A DNA stretch of 64,000 bases from Squalus acanthias. Taxonomy: Eukaryota. The first letter of the stretch is position 1, and every line of letters starts with the position of its first letter. The notes beneath the pieces are model-generated. The model worked only from the letters and a program-made list of their open reading frames with translations. It did not search any database and had not been told where the DNA came from. This document shows, one piece after another, positions 36,547 through 50,128 of the stretch. The stretch lies in the NCBI GenBank assembly GCA_030390025.1, contig CM059432.1:63738001-63802000 (forward strand), given 5' to 3'. The translations under genes were made by a program, and so were the position numbers.

Positions 36547-38366
36547 ATGGAGAGGGTGAGAGAACGAGCTCATCGCTTCACCGAGCGGGCCTTGGATGCT
36601 CTGGTTGGCGCGGTGGAGCGCAGAAGATGTATACTCTTCCCTGAGAGTGGCAGGAGGCCTTTGCCACGCGAGTACAGAAGAGTGTGGAGGGAGGTGGCTC
36701 AGAGCGTCTCCTCCAGGAGCATGGTGCCCAGGACCCATGTTCAATGCCGCAAAAAGTTCAACGACCTCACTCGGGTCGTCAGGGTGAGTGGCTTTTTCTC
36801 AATACCACTCCATCCCTCCATCTCAACCTCACTCTATGGCCAGAGGGTCTTAAAACCCCAATGCACAACACTCATCCAACACCTATGGCCCTTTCATGAA
36901 ACACACACACACATTCCACACTTTGCATACAGTAAGGGCTATTCACCTATGGGAGGCACATCAGGCAAGACCATGGCTGCATACAGTAAGGGCTATTCAC
37001 CTATGGGAGGCACATCAGGCAAGACCATGGATGTATATTTACTCAGATGCTGTCCTTTTTCTTGCAGGCCAAGCTGGCGCATAATCGGAGACAGCAGCAA
37101 CGGACAGGTGGAGGGCGGCCTCAGCTGCAACCCCTCAGCGATCTTGAGGAGCGCGTCCACAGGATTGTGGCAAGCCGGGTGATCGGTCCCGTCGCCACTG
37201 GAGACGCCGACCCCGTTCTGGTCAGCAATGGTAAGGTCATCACCTTTTTGTCCTCTGTCCTTCCACTTGTCCCTCACAACACCAGCCTTTGACACTTTCA
37301 ATCCAACTTGCTAACTCGCTGCACTTATTCCTCCCTTACTGCCACCCTGTCCTCACGCTAAAGCCACTCTTGTACCTCCCTGCTTTCAGATGGTGATTCA
37401 CCAGCTGAGGAGACGGGCCCTGAAGCTGCCACTGGGAGTGAAGCTACAGCCGAGGAGGAAGAGGAAGCCGGAGCATCAGTGCCACCCTCTCCCGAGGAAG
37501 CCCATGCCCACACTGGGAACACGCCTTCCCTGGAGGGGAGCAGGGGGGAAGGGTCTGATGAGGGTGAAGCTCCAGGACCCAGCGGGCTGCAGCAACGCCA
37601 TGGGGGTAGGGAAGAACGGGGGCCTTCTCCCCAGAGGGAGAGTATGCCAGCGACTCCTACTGCAATGGACGCAGAGGAGGAGCGGCTGATCGCAGAAATG
37701 AACACCCAGGCGGTGGGCATGCACACTGAGCTCATGGGTGCAGTGGGAAGGGTGCCCGAATGCATTGAGTCACTGGCAAGGAGTGTGGAGCACTTCTCTG
37801 TAGCACAGGAGGATGCCACACTAACGCTTAGTGCTGCAATTCAGTCACTGGCTGCCGTGATCCCATCTCTGACTGCTCTCATGCAGACTCAGATTGAGGC
37901 CACGCGAGCACTGACTGCTGCCAACTTCGATGGTTCGTTCACATGTCCCCGGGGCTCTCACCGCGCCGCAGCAGGCCAGCAATCTGTGCTCCAGCAGATT
38001 GCTCCGGATGCTGAAGTGCTGCCCCGTGGGAGTGCCAGTGTGTCGGGCGAGCAGGGAGTTGCTGTCCTCTCTCACGATGACAGCATTCCTGCTGCCAACA
38101 CTGTCACTTCTCCACTGCACTTGCCACCGCCTGTAGGACAGACTGCTGCCGCCCATGCAGAGTTGGTGCAGTCTGCAGCCGGGCCCTCCAGGCCCAGAAC
38201 TGGTCGAGGCCGTCCTTCAGGGGCATCTGCAGTGTCAGGGTCTGACGATCAGCAGCCTTCCACCAGCCTTGCTGCAGCCACTGAGGTCCCATTACGGAGG
38301 AGCAGTAGGGTTAGAAGGGGGGAAGTGCGCAAGGGAAGGAGATCACCCTCGAAGGGCAAAAAGTAG
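36547..38366 (+). CDS. Harbinger Myb/SANT-like DNA-binding protein, 3 exons (36547-36783, 37068-37230, 37390-38366), 458 aa
   Basis: RFTERALDALV...WREVA...RTHVQCRKKFNDL trihelix motif; GT-AG introns with consistent phases (0 and 1); no stops; basic C-terminal NLS-like tail. Confidence 0.88.
36924..37031 (+). repeat. 54-bp direct tandem duplication in Myb intron 1
   Basis: TGCATACAGTAAGGGCTATTCACCTATGGGAGGCACATCAGGCAAGACCATGG twice; also present in copy 2 at about 51848-51955. Confidence 0.95.
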
Positions 38367-38678
38367 GAGGTGTGACAAAATGCTGGTCATTTTTTTATTA
38401 AAGGCCGAGGTTCGTGGTCCAACTTTTGTTTAGTGTTTTGGACATTATCTCCAGGTTGTGAGAACCAGTTATGTTATTGACTGTTTTTTTGTGTTTATTT
38501 CTATGAGTTTGTCATGAGGAAATGACACACACAGAGTTTGTAAAATAAATAAGTTTTTGTATTCAAAATATACATGTTTGGTGTTTGGAATTATTGGTGC
38601 CTTGGCCGGCTTAGGGGTTGCGTGCTGGGTTCATTGATGTTGTTAGCAATGGCAGAAGCCATTTCCACAGCAGGGGCC

Positions 38679-39780
38679 CTAGAAGCAGCTTGCTATTAGC
38701 CGTTGACGGACGGCCCGTGCAGTTTCACCATTGTGGGCCGCCCTCCCGCCTTAGTGCTGCTGATGATCATCCTCCTCGTCCTCTTCCTCCTCTTCCTCCT
38801 CCTCCTCTGGTGGTGCTCCAAGGCCTGGTGGCATTGGCTGGGTCCTGACGATTGCCATGTTATGCAACATGCAGCACACAACTACGAAGTTGGATACTCG
38901 CTCAGGCGAGTACTGCAGGGCTCCTCCAGAATGGTCGAGACAGTGGAACCGTTGCTTCAGCACGCCGATTGTGCGCTCAATGATGTTCCTGGTAGCTTGA
39001 TGGCTCTCGTTGTACCGCAGCTCAGCAGGGGTGTTGGGCGAAAGGAGCGGTGTCATCAGCCAGGTGCTCAATGGATACCCCTTGTCCCCGAGAAGCCAAC
39101 CAACTGGCTGATGCGGTGCCTCGAAAAGTTCTGCCACAGTAGTCTGGCGCAGGATAAAAGCATCGTGGCAGCTGCCAGGATAGTGGGCATTGACAGCGAG
39201 TATCAGCTGTCTGTGGTCACAGACCAACTGAACATTCAAGGAATGGAACCCCTTTCTGTTCCGGAATTCCTCAGCATTCTCATGTGGAGCACGCAAAGCC
39301 ACATGCGTGCAGTCAATGGCGCCCTGCACCATGGGGAAGCCCGCTATCCTCGCAAAGCCCAGAGCGCGGTCACGCTGCTTGTCTGGGGCCATGGGGAAAG
39401 AGATGAACTCTCGTCTCCTTTTAAAGAGGGCATTTGTGACCTGCCGGATGCAGCAATGCACCGCGAACTGGGAGATATTGGCGAGGTCCCCAGCAGCAGC
39501 TTGAAATGAGCCAGTAGCATAGAAGTTGGGAGCCACTGTGACCTTCACTGCCACCGACAGTGACCACCTCCTTGCTGAATCGCAGCCTTCGCAAACACAG
39601 CTCCTCAGACATATGAATGTAGGAGAGCTGTTCACGATATACCCTGGGAGGGTAAGCTCTCCTGTACATACGCCTGTTGGCCCTCCTCCGTCTGGCCATC
39701 ATTGCCACTCTCTCTCTGCGTCTCTGTGTCCTCCGATTCAGCTGGAGCAGGACGACGCCCCCAATCAGTGCAGCCCCCAT
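38679..39780 (-). pseudogene. Harbinger (HARBI1-like) DDE transposase, inactivated
   Basis: GAIDCTHV, HDAFIL, LGDKGY, IERTIGVLKQRF motifs; 59-bp deletion at about 39558 shifts the frame; CAA>TAA stop at 38751. Confidence 0.92.
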
Positions 39781-40420
39781 AGTCTCTTTGCAAGCAAAGT
39801 AATGAAGGACAGCAACCAAAGTAGCAGCGAAGTTAGGATCAGTAGGCAAAACTACCTCACAAAGCGTTGACTCAATGCAGAAGTCTCTCTTTCTCTCTCT
39901 CCGAATCTCTCTCTCTCTCTCAGAACGAGTGGTGCAAAAATGTCAACCACAGAAAAAGACAGGAAGAGGCCCCCTTTAAATAGCGCCCCCCCCAGCCCCA
40001 CAGCGATTGATAGCGTTCCAGTCTTCCGGTCGTTGGATGCGCCAGGCGGTAAGGCAGGGGGCGCCACTCAATTTCCGCTCCGGGGCGCCACAAGGGCGTT
40101 GCACCATGGAATGACGTCACAATCTGCGCGCGCAGGTGGTCGTGGCGGTAAGGTTTAGCGCCGCCGCACAATGTCTAGTTAAGTTCCCGAGCGGCGCAAA
40201 CATCGCTGCGCCCGGGCGCTAGCGGCTTTGCGCCCCATTAGTGCCCTCTTAAGGCGCTAACGGGAGGCGCAACCAACTGAATTTTTACCCCTTAATCTGG
40301 TATATCCTTCATTTTAAAACTGAGCAACTTATCAATATAAAATTGTTATTTAAATTCTAGTTCTTTATTCCAATTGATAGTTTGTATTATGCTTGCATTT
40401 TAGTATGGTACAAACTATTA

Positions 40421-40767
40421 CAGGAAACTCTCGTTTAAACGGCACCTAAATATCCGGAATTCTCTAATAACCGGCAGAATTCATACTCCGAAAACTACAG
40501 TATACAGTCGTTTATAAGTTTTGTTTTACTGTTAAGTAATTAAAGAGTTATGGATTACCCTCAACTGGCATTACTGTACTTAATCAAGCATCTTCCACCA
40601 TCCATTTAACACAACATTTTGTCGGGGAGTACCCAATTATACTGCACATTTCTTGATTTTTGTTTGTTAAAAATAGCCTCGGTAGATATACCTCTCCGTT
40701 ATCCGGAATTTTTAATCAACCGGCACCATCCCAGTCCCGTCGGTGCCGGATACAAAAGAGTTTCCTG
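40421..40767. mobile_element. Tc1/mariner (pogo/Tigger-like) MITE, 347 bp
   Basis: TA|CAGGAAACTCT ... AGAGTTTCCTG|TA: TIRs and TA TSD; homologous to 47608-48211 in inverted orientation. Confidence 0.9.
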
Positions 40768-41648
40768 TATTATATTATGTGATTACAATTGTTATAATTT
40801 TTGAAATGTTTGTAAATGCTAAATTTTTGTCGCAAATATATTTCAGCCATCACACATCACGGCATGAATATATGAATGAGAAAAAGACCCAGAGGAAAAA
40901 GGAAAATCATATTTGACACAAAATTCTTCGAACTGCGAGCAACACAGAAGAAGAATTGAAACTTTGGACTCTGGAGCAGTTTTATTGCAAAAACATGTTC
41001 ACATCATTGTCAATCTAAATGTAATTAATTGGAATTTTTCTTTCCTATTTCGACAGATGATGCTTTTACATCTGTCTTCTCAAAGTCTGCTGTTGAAGTC
41101 ACCATCATCATTTCAGAGGAGTGGAAAGTAGTCACCTTGATGATTGTAAGGCACAACATTATGATAGTGCTGCTTGGAGAAACTTCCAGGGTCATTACAC
41201 CCCGCTACATCATCACATGCAACATCAGTAAGCTGCATGCTTTGCTTAAGTACATGACCAGAAATAAAAGGTTCAGACCAGTTGCTGAGTGAGTGTAGAA
41301 AACAGTTTAAATGATGCAAGCTTTACAACTTACAGCCTCTATCGTCTTTTTTAATAGAAAACACACACACATATTAAAGTAGTTTGCAAAGGAGAGCAAA
41401 CAACAAACTCGAATAGGAGGTATCTAGGGCACACTTCAGAGATGGTGTTGTCAGAAAGCGCATCTTTAAAAGCTAGATCCTCCACGAGACAAATTCTGGA
41501 TTATACCCTATAAGCTAGAAAGGCTTGTGAAAAAGACACTGCACCATATTAGCCACAGTGGACTGGTTTGCCACCTGCTCCCAAGATGTAGATGGGTGGC
41601 TTTTTCTCAATAGCTCAGGGATTTCAATATGTTGTTCAATGCTTCCAT

Positions 41649-42438
41649 GGGCTGGATTTTAATGAGGAAGGCGGGTTGGGGCTCCAAGGCGGTCGGCAAA
41701 CCCGGGAGAACAGGTTTCCCGCAGGCCCTACGACTTTAATGGTAGGGCCTGATTTGCATGCGAAGCCTCTGTTTCCCACCAGACTGAGAGGCTCCGGGCG
41801 GGTAGGCCTGTGGCACTAGGCTGCACAGAGGAGGGAGGGAGGGTTCGCGTGGGGGCCGGGCTGGAAGAGGATTGGAGGGTCGGGTCAGGCTGGGAAGAGG
41901 ATCGGAGGGGTCAGGCCGGGCTGGGAAGAGGATCAGAAGGTCGGGCAGAAGATAAGGAGGGGGGTCTGAAGAGGATATGGGGCCAGAGGAGCAGAACAGG
42001 GAGGCCTCGTGGCATGATCGGAGGCTGGTGTGGGGGGAGGCCTCATGGGGTGATCGGCGGCTTGGGGGCGGGGTCTCCGATTGCGGGGGTTGGGTTAGGC
42101 AGGGACCCTGGATCCAGGAGGTAGGTATAAAGGCACTTACCTCCTGGATGCAGCAGTCCTCGCCTTGCTGTAACTGCCGGGTTTTATGAGGTGTGTAAAA
42201 CCTGACCAGCTACAATTAAAGGTTAAAGAAGAGGTTTCCAGCCTCACTGTGATATTTAAATTGACATCCCGCCTCCTTGCAGCGGTTTGGCTGCCCACCC
42301 CCATCCCGCCTCCCATCCCACCGCCGTTAAATCCGGAAGTGGGCGGGTTGGAGAGGGGTTCAGGTCAAGATTCTGATTTTTAACACTTTAATTACCGCCC
42401 TGCTCCTAACCCACCCGTTTTATTGGGTTAAAATTCCC
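41649..42438. mobile_element. Harbinger-type MITE
   Basis: Termini GGGCTGGATTTTAA / TTAAAATTCCC; TSD CAT. Confidence 0.8.
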
Positions 42439-43759
42439 CATGTCTTGAAATGTGTGCAGACTAATTTTAATCGAGACGCAAAGTAACGTGGCAATGTTGG
42501 ATTGCATCACCCAATTTGGCGGGACACAGTTTTTGAGCAGGCTTGCTGTACGATTAATTTGCTTAGGCCGCTGGTCAGAAATGATCATTCCTCCCCCTTG
42601 GAGCTTTGTGTTACAACTCAGAGCTCCACATTTAAGGTCATTGAAAGCAAATCTAAGTGCAGATCACACTTGAGAGAGTCTAAATAACATTATACAAAAA
42701 GAACATATAACAAAAAAGAGAACGTGAATTTATTGCCACAGCATTAAAACTGCCCAAGGAGACCTGTTGAAAGACCCTATCAGCAGTCTTCTGCGTCCCA
42801 TATAAATGTTCAAATTTGTTTAAGTTCATGGGTTATAGTAACCCAGGCCTTCTATTGGCCCTTTGATACATATATTTTGATGGGATATGATTTCTTTCAT
42901 ATGTTCTGTAACTGGAAAGTATTTTTCAGACACATAAAAATGCTGTCTGTGTGTGGGCTTGCTTGGAGTCACCTTTTCCCATTATTAGCTGCTGGAGTGG
43001 TACAAGTGAGGCTGATATAAATATACCAAGTGGCTTATTTCTAGTTGCGAAAGTGTTACATTTGAATAATTTCAACTAATTTGCCAAAGGTAAATTAAGA
43101 TGAGATTGATTGGAAAATTGCACTTTTGTGATTCAACACTAACTGAGAAGGGTTGTAGCCCGATTATTTCCCAAACTATTTTAACACCTGCTGATCCAAA
43201 TATAGAGCCTGAAGGCACCTCCTTTGCTATTATTTCCACCATTCTAATGTTGGCAGTGTTATGCATTAACTAGCAAAATAAGAATGTTAGCTACAAATAT
43301 CAGAAACTGCTGCTGTGAATGGCCTTTGTGGTGCACACCCTATGTAAAACATTTACAGCAAGAGATTCAGAGAAAATTGTATTATCTGGCTTTAATACAT
43401 CATACACCCTGATTTACATGCAAAATTGTACAAATTATTTTGGATCAAGCAAAAAAAATCTCCCATTTCCAGTTTTCAATTCAGGTATCACAGTATGTCA
43501 TATCCTATTCACTTCCATTTCCAAGCTGAACGTCAGATGAATCTTCAAATAGAACAGCCTATCAAACATTCTAATTTAAAACCAATAGATTAAATTTCAT
43601 GTCTACTAAAATGGATCATGCTCAGAATATGAACCCAATTGATTTATTGAAACCTATTTACTGCAAATGCTTTATGCAGCCAGAATTATTTGGAGTTCTG
43701 TTTTTGTAACAAGTTTGTTACAAGTACAAATTTCTTTTGATTAATAAGTCAAAAGAACT

Positions 43760-44600
43760 TGGATGCATCTTACCCTGCCTCTCCAAACTCATCTTGTCCA
43801 CGAGATCTATTTCCTTCTCCCTTGACCCCATTCCTACTAAACTCCTTATCCCCATGCTAGCTGATTAAGTTAATAATCCCATCTCCTCAGGCACAGTTCT
43901 CCTTCCTTTAAAATCATAATCAACCCCTTCCTAAAATAAAATCCATCTTTAATCCTCTGTCTTAGCTAAGTACAGTCTCATCTCCAACCTACCTTTCTTC
44001 TCCAAAGTCCTTGAACGTGTGTTTATCTCACCTGCAATTCTGAATCTCTCCAGCCAGTCTTCCAGCTCTCCAAAAGCATCGAAACAGCCCTACCCCCAAG
44101 TCAATAATGACATTTTCTGTGAAAGTAACCATGGTGCATTTTCTCTCCTTGTCCGCCTCAACCTCTCTGCAGCCTTAAACATGGTCAACACCATCCTCCA
44201 CTGTTCAGCTCTGTGAGACTGCCCTCATTTGGTTCCACCTTTACTTAGCCAATTTTAGCCAGGGTATTTCTAGCAATGGGTTCTTTTCACAACCTCCTAC
44301 AGTCATCTCTGGAACCCTTAAGGATCAACCCTTGGCCCTCTCTTTTTCCTCAACTACATGCTGCTTTTTGGTGACATCATCTGCAGGCACAGGGTCAGCT
44401 TTCACATGTACACTGATGACACCCAGCTCTACTACTCCATCGTCTTTCTCGTCCCTCCTTAAAAGTCACCTCTTTGGACAAGCTTTTGGCTTGTCTCCTA
44501 ATCTCTGCTTCTGTGACTCAGCATCCCTTTTACCACCCTCACAGCTCTGTGAAGCACCTTGGGACATTTGTCTAAATTAAAGGCACTATATAAATGTAAG
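43760..44600 (+). mobile_element. Heavily decayed L2 LINE
   Basis: Residual RT motifs (ISNLPFFSKVLE, LLVRLNLSAA, YTDDTQLY) and an L2-type 3' end CTATATAAATGTAAG. Confidence 0.75.
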
Positions 44601-47600
44601 CCATTGATGGTAGTGGATTGTGTTCATACTTAGATGGACCTGGACAGTATTATAAAGGTGGTTTGTCACTTAAACACAGAAGGGGAAAGGGGAGAGCAAC
44701 ATGGGTAAAAAATTATTATGAGACAATAAAGTAATGATCTTTAGCTCAATTTAATATCCAAAAAGTAAAATGAACAGACTAACGGAAACTGAAGGAACAG
44801 GGTGAAAGGGATGCTTCATAGAGGTAATCAGCAACTGTTTCTTAATGTAAAGAAAAGAATCAAGGAAGATACCGTGACAAAAATAGAAATTCTAGGGCGG
44901 GGGTCTCTAACTTCCAGACAGGTGGTCAGTGGAATGCCCAGGCTGACAGTCTGAGAGCTGTGGAGTGAATCCCAGTTCACTTATTGGCATCATTAACATA
45001 CATGTGGCGAGCTGCACATCCTGAGAGGGTATTCTGATGCAGCTGGCTGGCTCAGCACAATATCGGGTGGTCGACCGCGCCTGAAAAAAAGTAGGTCTGT
45101 TGGGGAGGGGTTGCGATTGCGGGGGTGGGGGCACCCCGAGGCAGCAGCAGCAGCCGTATTATTCTCATGAAACCCGCAGGAAGACTCCTGCTCCTCCTGG
45201 TCCCACAAGAATACATTTTGACATGTAATTTTACAGGGCTCTTCTGCTATACTGTCAGGTTTTACTTAAAACCTTTTTGCATGCTTTGCTCATACTTTTA
45301 TAATTAAATAAAATATATACAGGAATAGATTAACACAAATGATTTGGACTGGGAAAAGCTGCCAGTTTCCACTTACAGCGAATCCTATGAATACTAGTCA
45401 CAAATGTATCTTCTCCAACTGTTTTGATCAACAGATTAACAACTGGCAATCAGGGCTTTAAAAGACTAAATTAGACAATTATTGAGCCCTTGAGATTGGA
45501 AAGAGAGACCGGAAATCTAATTAATCTAATTAATAATACCTAAACTTGAATTAGTTAATGAGCTAGTATCTGAAATATATATTTCCATTGCAAAGACTAT
45601 GGAGTGATATATAAATGGTACAACTTGCATTCTGAATGAGGAAATAGTGCTCCACAATGCAGTTTGAATTAAACTGCATCTCTACAACAGTAGAATAGCC
45701 TTCCTCCATTGGAAAACAAAGATATTGCCTAAACACAGATACTGCTTCTCTGTCATATGTTTGGAAACAAGTGCAATATACCCATGCATCTCATTTGCTG
45801 TTATGCGTAGCAGATTGAGTCCAACAGTGCTCAAGCATTAATTTTGCTTCTCATTAGATTACATTAAAATAAAATGAAAAGTAGGTACACCAGCCAAAAT
45901 ACTAAAAAGGGCACAGGATGACAGTAATTTTAATGATTAAAACAGGTACAAAAAAACAAGTGGGCCAATGAAATGAATTACAGAATAAAATTCTAACGCA
46001 AATTCATCAAAATCCAAACTTTAGGAATAAATTGAATTTAGAGAAGCAGGCTTATAAAATAGACCAAATGCAGTGAATACTGATTCAGTCAGAACATTCA
46101 GAATTGGAGATTTTGGAGTAAGAACAAATGTAAACTAGTCAGATCAGGACCTAAAACTAAAACGTGATCAAAAAGTAGGTTGCATTAAAATGTTCTGATG
46201 ATTATGTTACCAATCATATGAGACCCACATTTCCCATATTGAAAGCAAATGCAAACCATTAAAAAGCAGAAGAAGGAATCATAGGTTTTGTAACAGACCT
46301 ATTCCAGCTGCAAACTGACCTTCAGACTTAAGAGCTTGGCAGAGTTATATCTCCTAACTACCTGTGATTTATCTGAGGTAGAGAAAGACACTTATTTATT
46401 TATAAACTGTTGTTTGTGCAAGATTACATTAAAAGAACTGCATGAAAAGTAATAACACACAAATACAACACCAATCTTCACTTACAGCTGACAAAGTCAA
46501 AAAGGTTCTGGGTCAGTTTTCAGAATAAACAGAAAGGGCGGGAAAATTTTGGGGAAGGCAACCTAATGGAGTGGTCACAAAGGAATCTCATGGTGCGGGG
46601 GGAGCGGGAGAGGGAAGCCTTCTCTTTTAATTCCCTTAAGAAAGGATAGACAACTCATACCAATCTTGATTCAGCTTCTCTTGGTCATTACTTAATCTGT
46701 TCATAGGCACAAATTTGATCTAATTCATATAACCATCTTTTGATCCCGGTCAAGCTCGTCATGTGCTCCCAGTAATTTAATATAGCTTTCCTTGTAATCA
46801 ATTGGATCAAGCACCTATTATAATCTGGAGTAAAGATAAGGCACGCAACTCCAATAAAGTGCCAATATTAGGAATATGCACTTAAAAGGTGAAACATAGG
46901 GATTTCAACATTCTGCTCCAAGATGGGATGCAAAATCATCGAGAAACTTTACTTCCTGATTTGAAACCATTTCTAGAAACAACTGATTAAAAAAAAAATA
47001 CAGATATAATCAATATTCTGTTTTATATATATATAGGGACCGAATTCTCCTGTATGGCCTTTAAAACAATTTGGCTAGTAAATCTGAAGTAATCAGTTGC
47101 AATTACCATATAACTACTAGTGCAGGATTTACCACATAAGATATTCAAAAGAGCATTGGATGTAATAAAAAAACTGAACAGCCTAATAATAACAATTACA
47201 CTTGTCCTTTGGTAATGAATCAGATTTTGTATGCAAGAAATTACTGAAACATAAGCTAGAGTTGGGAAACCATGAAGCTGATATTTTAGTTAAACAATTG
47301 TTGAACATCTTAGGAAAAAAATAATGAATATGAAAAATCATGTGCCTACACTACAATAGTATCAAGATGCGCATCCAAAAAGATGGATTCAGAAGACTTC
47401 ATAAAGTCTAAAATGACCTGAACTATTTAGCAAAGGACGTGGGGTTGTAAAGAAAGGCAAAGATCGGCTTCCAACACTCAAAAAACATATATTTACTCAC
47501 AGAAAGAAAAGTACTACTCCAGAGTACATCATGACCCCTAATTCTGGTATTTTATTTGTTTTTTACATTATACATTATTGTGACCCCATGTATTTTATGT

Positions 47601-47607
47601 ATATATA

Positions 47608-48211
47608 CAGGAAACTCTTTGGTATCCGGCACCGACGGGACCGGCATGGTGCCGGTTGATCAAAAGTTCCGGATAACGGAGAGTTATATCTACCGAGGCT
47701 ATTTTTAACAAACAAAAATAAAAAAATCAAGAAATGTGCAGTATACAGTATTTGGGTACTCACCTACAGAATGTTGTGTTAAATGGATGGTGTAAGATGC
47801 TTGATTAAGTACAGTACTGCCAGTTGAGGGTAATCCATAACTCTTTAATTACTTAACAGTAAAACAAAACTTACACACAGTAAAATGGCCGATCAGAAGA
47901 GACTCCCGGCAGCGTGAGAGAATCAGACTCCTGTTACTGCAGTGTTCGGACTTCCGACGGCGCCAGGAGGCCGAGTAGTGGCACTTTGGAGAACTACCCC
48001 CACTGACTAACTCGGCGTTCGCGGGAGACTCGGACTCGGACTCGGCAACATTGCCGGTTATTTGAGAGGAGTTTTCGGAGTACTCGGCGTTCGCGGGAGA
48101 CTCGGACTCGGCAACATTGCCGGTTATTTGAGAGGAGTTTTCGGAGTATGATTTTTGCCGGTTAAGAGAGAATTCCGGATATTTAGGTGCCGGTTAAACA
48201 AGAGTTTCCTG
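47608..48211. mobile_element. Tc1/mariner (pogo/Tigger-like) MITE, 604 bp, with an internal ~70-bp tandem duplication (48011-48148)
   Basis: TA|CAGGAAACTCTT ... AAGAGTTTCCTG|TA. Confidence 0.9.
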
Positions 48212-48967
48212 TAATATGAATGCAAAAAGCATACCAATACACATATATCATTTTCTATTCAATGTTCATATGTTGCAGATTTCTTTTAGGAAAGACCTCA
48301 GATCCAGCAAAGCCCAAATTCATAGTTTACAAATAATGTTATACCCACATCTGATGGCTTTCAAGATGTCATCATCTTTGTATCTGAACAGCTGGATGAA
48401 GATGCAAAGGAAGAAAATTGTAATGTTACAGTACAGAAATGGATCATTTTACACATCAAGGGGTAAAAATTCAGTTGGTTGTGCCTCCCGTTAGCGCCTT
48501 AAAAGGGCGCTAATGGGGCGTTAAGGCGCTAACGCCTGGGCGCAGCGCTGTTTGCGCCGCTCGAGAACTTAACTTGAGATTGTGCGGCGGCGCTAAAGCT
48601 TACCGCTGCGACCACCTGCGCGCGCAGATTGTGACGTCATTCCATGGTGCAACGCCCTTGGGGCGCCCCGGAGCGGAAATTGAGTGGCGCCCCCTGCCTT
48701 ACCGCCTGGCGCTTCCAACGACCGGAAGACTGGAACGTTATCAATCGGTGTGGGGCTGGGGGGGGCGCTATTTAAAGGGGGCCTCTTCCTGTCTTTTTCT
48801 GTGGTCGACATTTATGCACCACTCGTTCTGAGAGAGAGAGATTCGGAGAGAGAGAGAGAGAGACTTCTACATTGACTCAACGCTTTGTGAGGTAGTTTTG
48901 CCTAGTTCATCCTAACTTTGCTGCTACTTTCGTTGCTGTACCTCATTACTTTTCTGGCAAAGAGAAT

Positions 48968-50128
48968 ATGGGGGCTGCAATGATTGGGGGCGTCGTCCTG
49001 CTCCAGCTCAATCGGAGGATAGTGAGACGCAGACAGAGAGTGGCAATGATGGCCAGACGGAGGAGGGCCATCAGGCGCATGTACAGGAGAGCTTACCCTC
49101 CCAGGGTATATCGTGAACAGCTCTCCTACATCCACATGTCCGAGGAGCTGTGTTTGCGAAGGCTGCGATTCAGCAAGGAGGTGGTCACTGAGCTCTGCCA
49201 CCTGCTGCAGCCAGATCTGCAGCCTCAGCTGAGGTCCAGGACGTCTCTGTCGGTGGCAGTGAAGGTCACAGTGGCTTTGAACTTCTACGCCACTGGCTCA
49301 TTCCAAGCTGCTGTTGGGGACCTCGCCAATATCTCCCAGTTTGCGGTGCATCGCTGCATCCGGCAGGTCACCAATGCCCTCTTCACAAGGAGACGAGACT
49401 TCATCTCCTTCCCTATGACCCCAGACAAGCAGCATGACCGTGCTATGGGCTTTGCGAGGGTAACGGGCTTCCCCATGGTGCAGGGCGCCATTGACTGCAC
49501 GCATGTGGCTTTGCGTGCTCCGCGAGAGAATGCAGAGGAGTTCCGGAACAGAAAGGGGTTCCATTCCTTGAATGTGCAGTTGGTCTGTGACCACAGACAG
49601 GTGATTCTCGCTGTCAATGCCCACTATCCGGGCAGCTGCCACGATGCTTTCATCCTGCGCCAGAGTACTGTGGCAGAAATTTTCGAGGCACCGCATCAGC
49701 CAGTTGGTTGGCGTCTGGGGGACAAGGGGTACGCATTGAGCACCTGGCTGATGACACCGCTCCGTGCGCCAAACACCCCTGCTGAGCTGCGGTACCAGGA
49801 AAGCCAACAAGCAACCAGGAACATTATTGAGCGCACAATCGGCGTGCTCAAACAACGATTCCGCTGTCTGGACCATTCCGGAGGAGCCCTGCAGTACTCG
49901 CCTGAGCAAGTTTCCAAATTCGTAGTGGTGTGCTGCATGTTGCACAACATGGCAATCCTCAGGACGCAGCCAATGCCACCAGGCCTTGCAGCACCACAAG
50001 AGGAGGAGGAGGAAGAGGAGGAACAGGACGAGGACGATGATCAGCAGCAGCACCAAGGCAGGAGGGCGGCCCACAATGGTCAAACTGCAAGGGCCGTCCG
50101 TCAACGACTAATAGCAAGCCGCTTCTAG
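48968..50128 (+). CDS. Harbinger DDE transposase (HARBI1-like), 386 aa, intact
   Basis: Uninterrupted ATG-to-TAG ORF with HTH region (VALNFYATGSFQ) and catalytic motifs GAIDCTHV, HDAFIL, LGDKGY, IERTIGVLKQRFRCL; TATTTAAA about 200 bp upstream. Confidence 0.95.
   Translation: MGAAMIGGVVLLQLNRRIVRRRQRVAMMARRRRAIRRMYRRAYPPRVYREQLSYIHMSEELCLRRLRFSKEVVTELCHLLQPDLQPQLRSRTSLSVAVKVTVALNFYATGSFQAAVGDLANISQFAVHRCIRQVTNALFTRRRDFISFPMTPDKQHDRAMGFARVTGFPMVQGAIDCTHVALRAPRENAEEFRNRKGFHSLNVQLVCDHRQVILAVNAHYPGSCHDAFILRQSTVAEIFEAPHQPVGWRLGDKGYALSTWLMTPLRAPNTPAELRYQESQQATRNIIERTIGVLKQRFRCLDHSGGALQYSPEQVSKFVVVCCMLHNMAILRTQPMPPGLAAPQEEEEEEEEQDEDDDQQQHQGRRAAHNGQTARAVRQRLIASRF

Larger units (their letters stand above)
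36184..40291. mobile_element. PIF/Harbinger transposon, family A copy 1 (4108 bp)
   Basis: TIRs GGGGGAAAAATT / AATTTTTACCCC; TSD TTA (36181-36183, 40292-40294); convergent Myb and transposase genes. Confidence 0.97.

Noticed and set aside
36924..37031. CRISPR-like repeats (also 48011-48148)
   Set aside because: Two-unit tandem duplications without spacers, inside eukaryotic transposons
36301..37182. 293-aa single-exon Myb ORF as listed in the ORF track
   Set aside because: It reads through intron 1; the spliced 3-exon model conserved in both copies fits better
38703..39509. 268-aa antisense ORFs (also 49298-50104) and other long antisense or overlapping ORFs
   Set aside because: Shadow frames of GC-rich transposase, Myb or RT coding sequence with non-ATG starts; their conservation follows from the copies being recent
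41057..41288. Possible coding exon (AG...GT bounded, one open frame)
   Set aside because: Peptide not recognisable, a similar splice-like signal exists on the other strand, and no partner exons were found
48968..50128. Host HARBI1 gene
   Set aside because: The ORF lies within TIRs and a TSD, paired with a Myb gene and present in multiple copies, so it is a transposon gene
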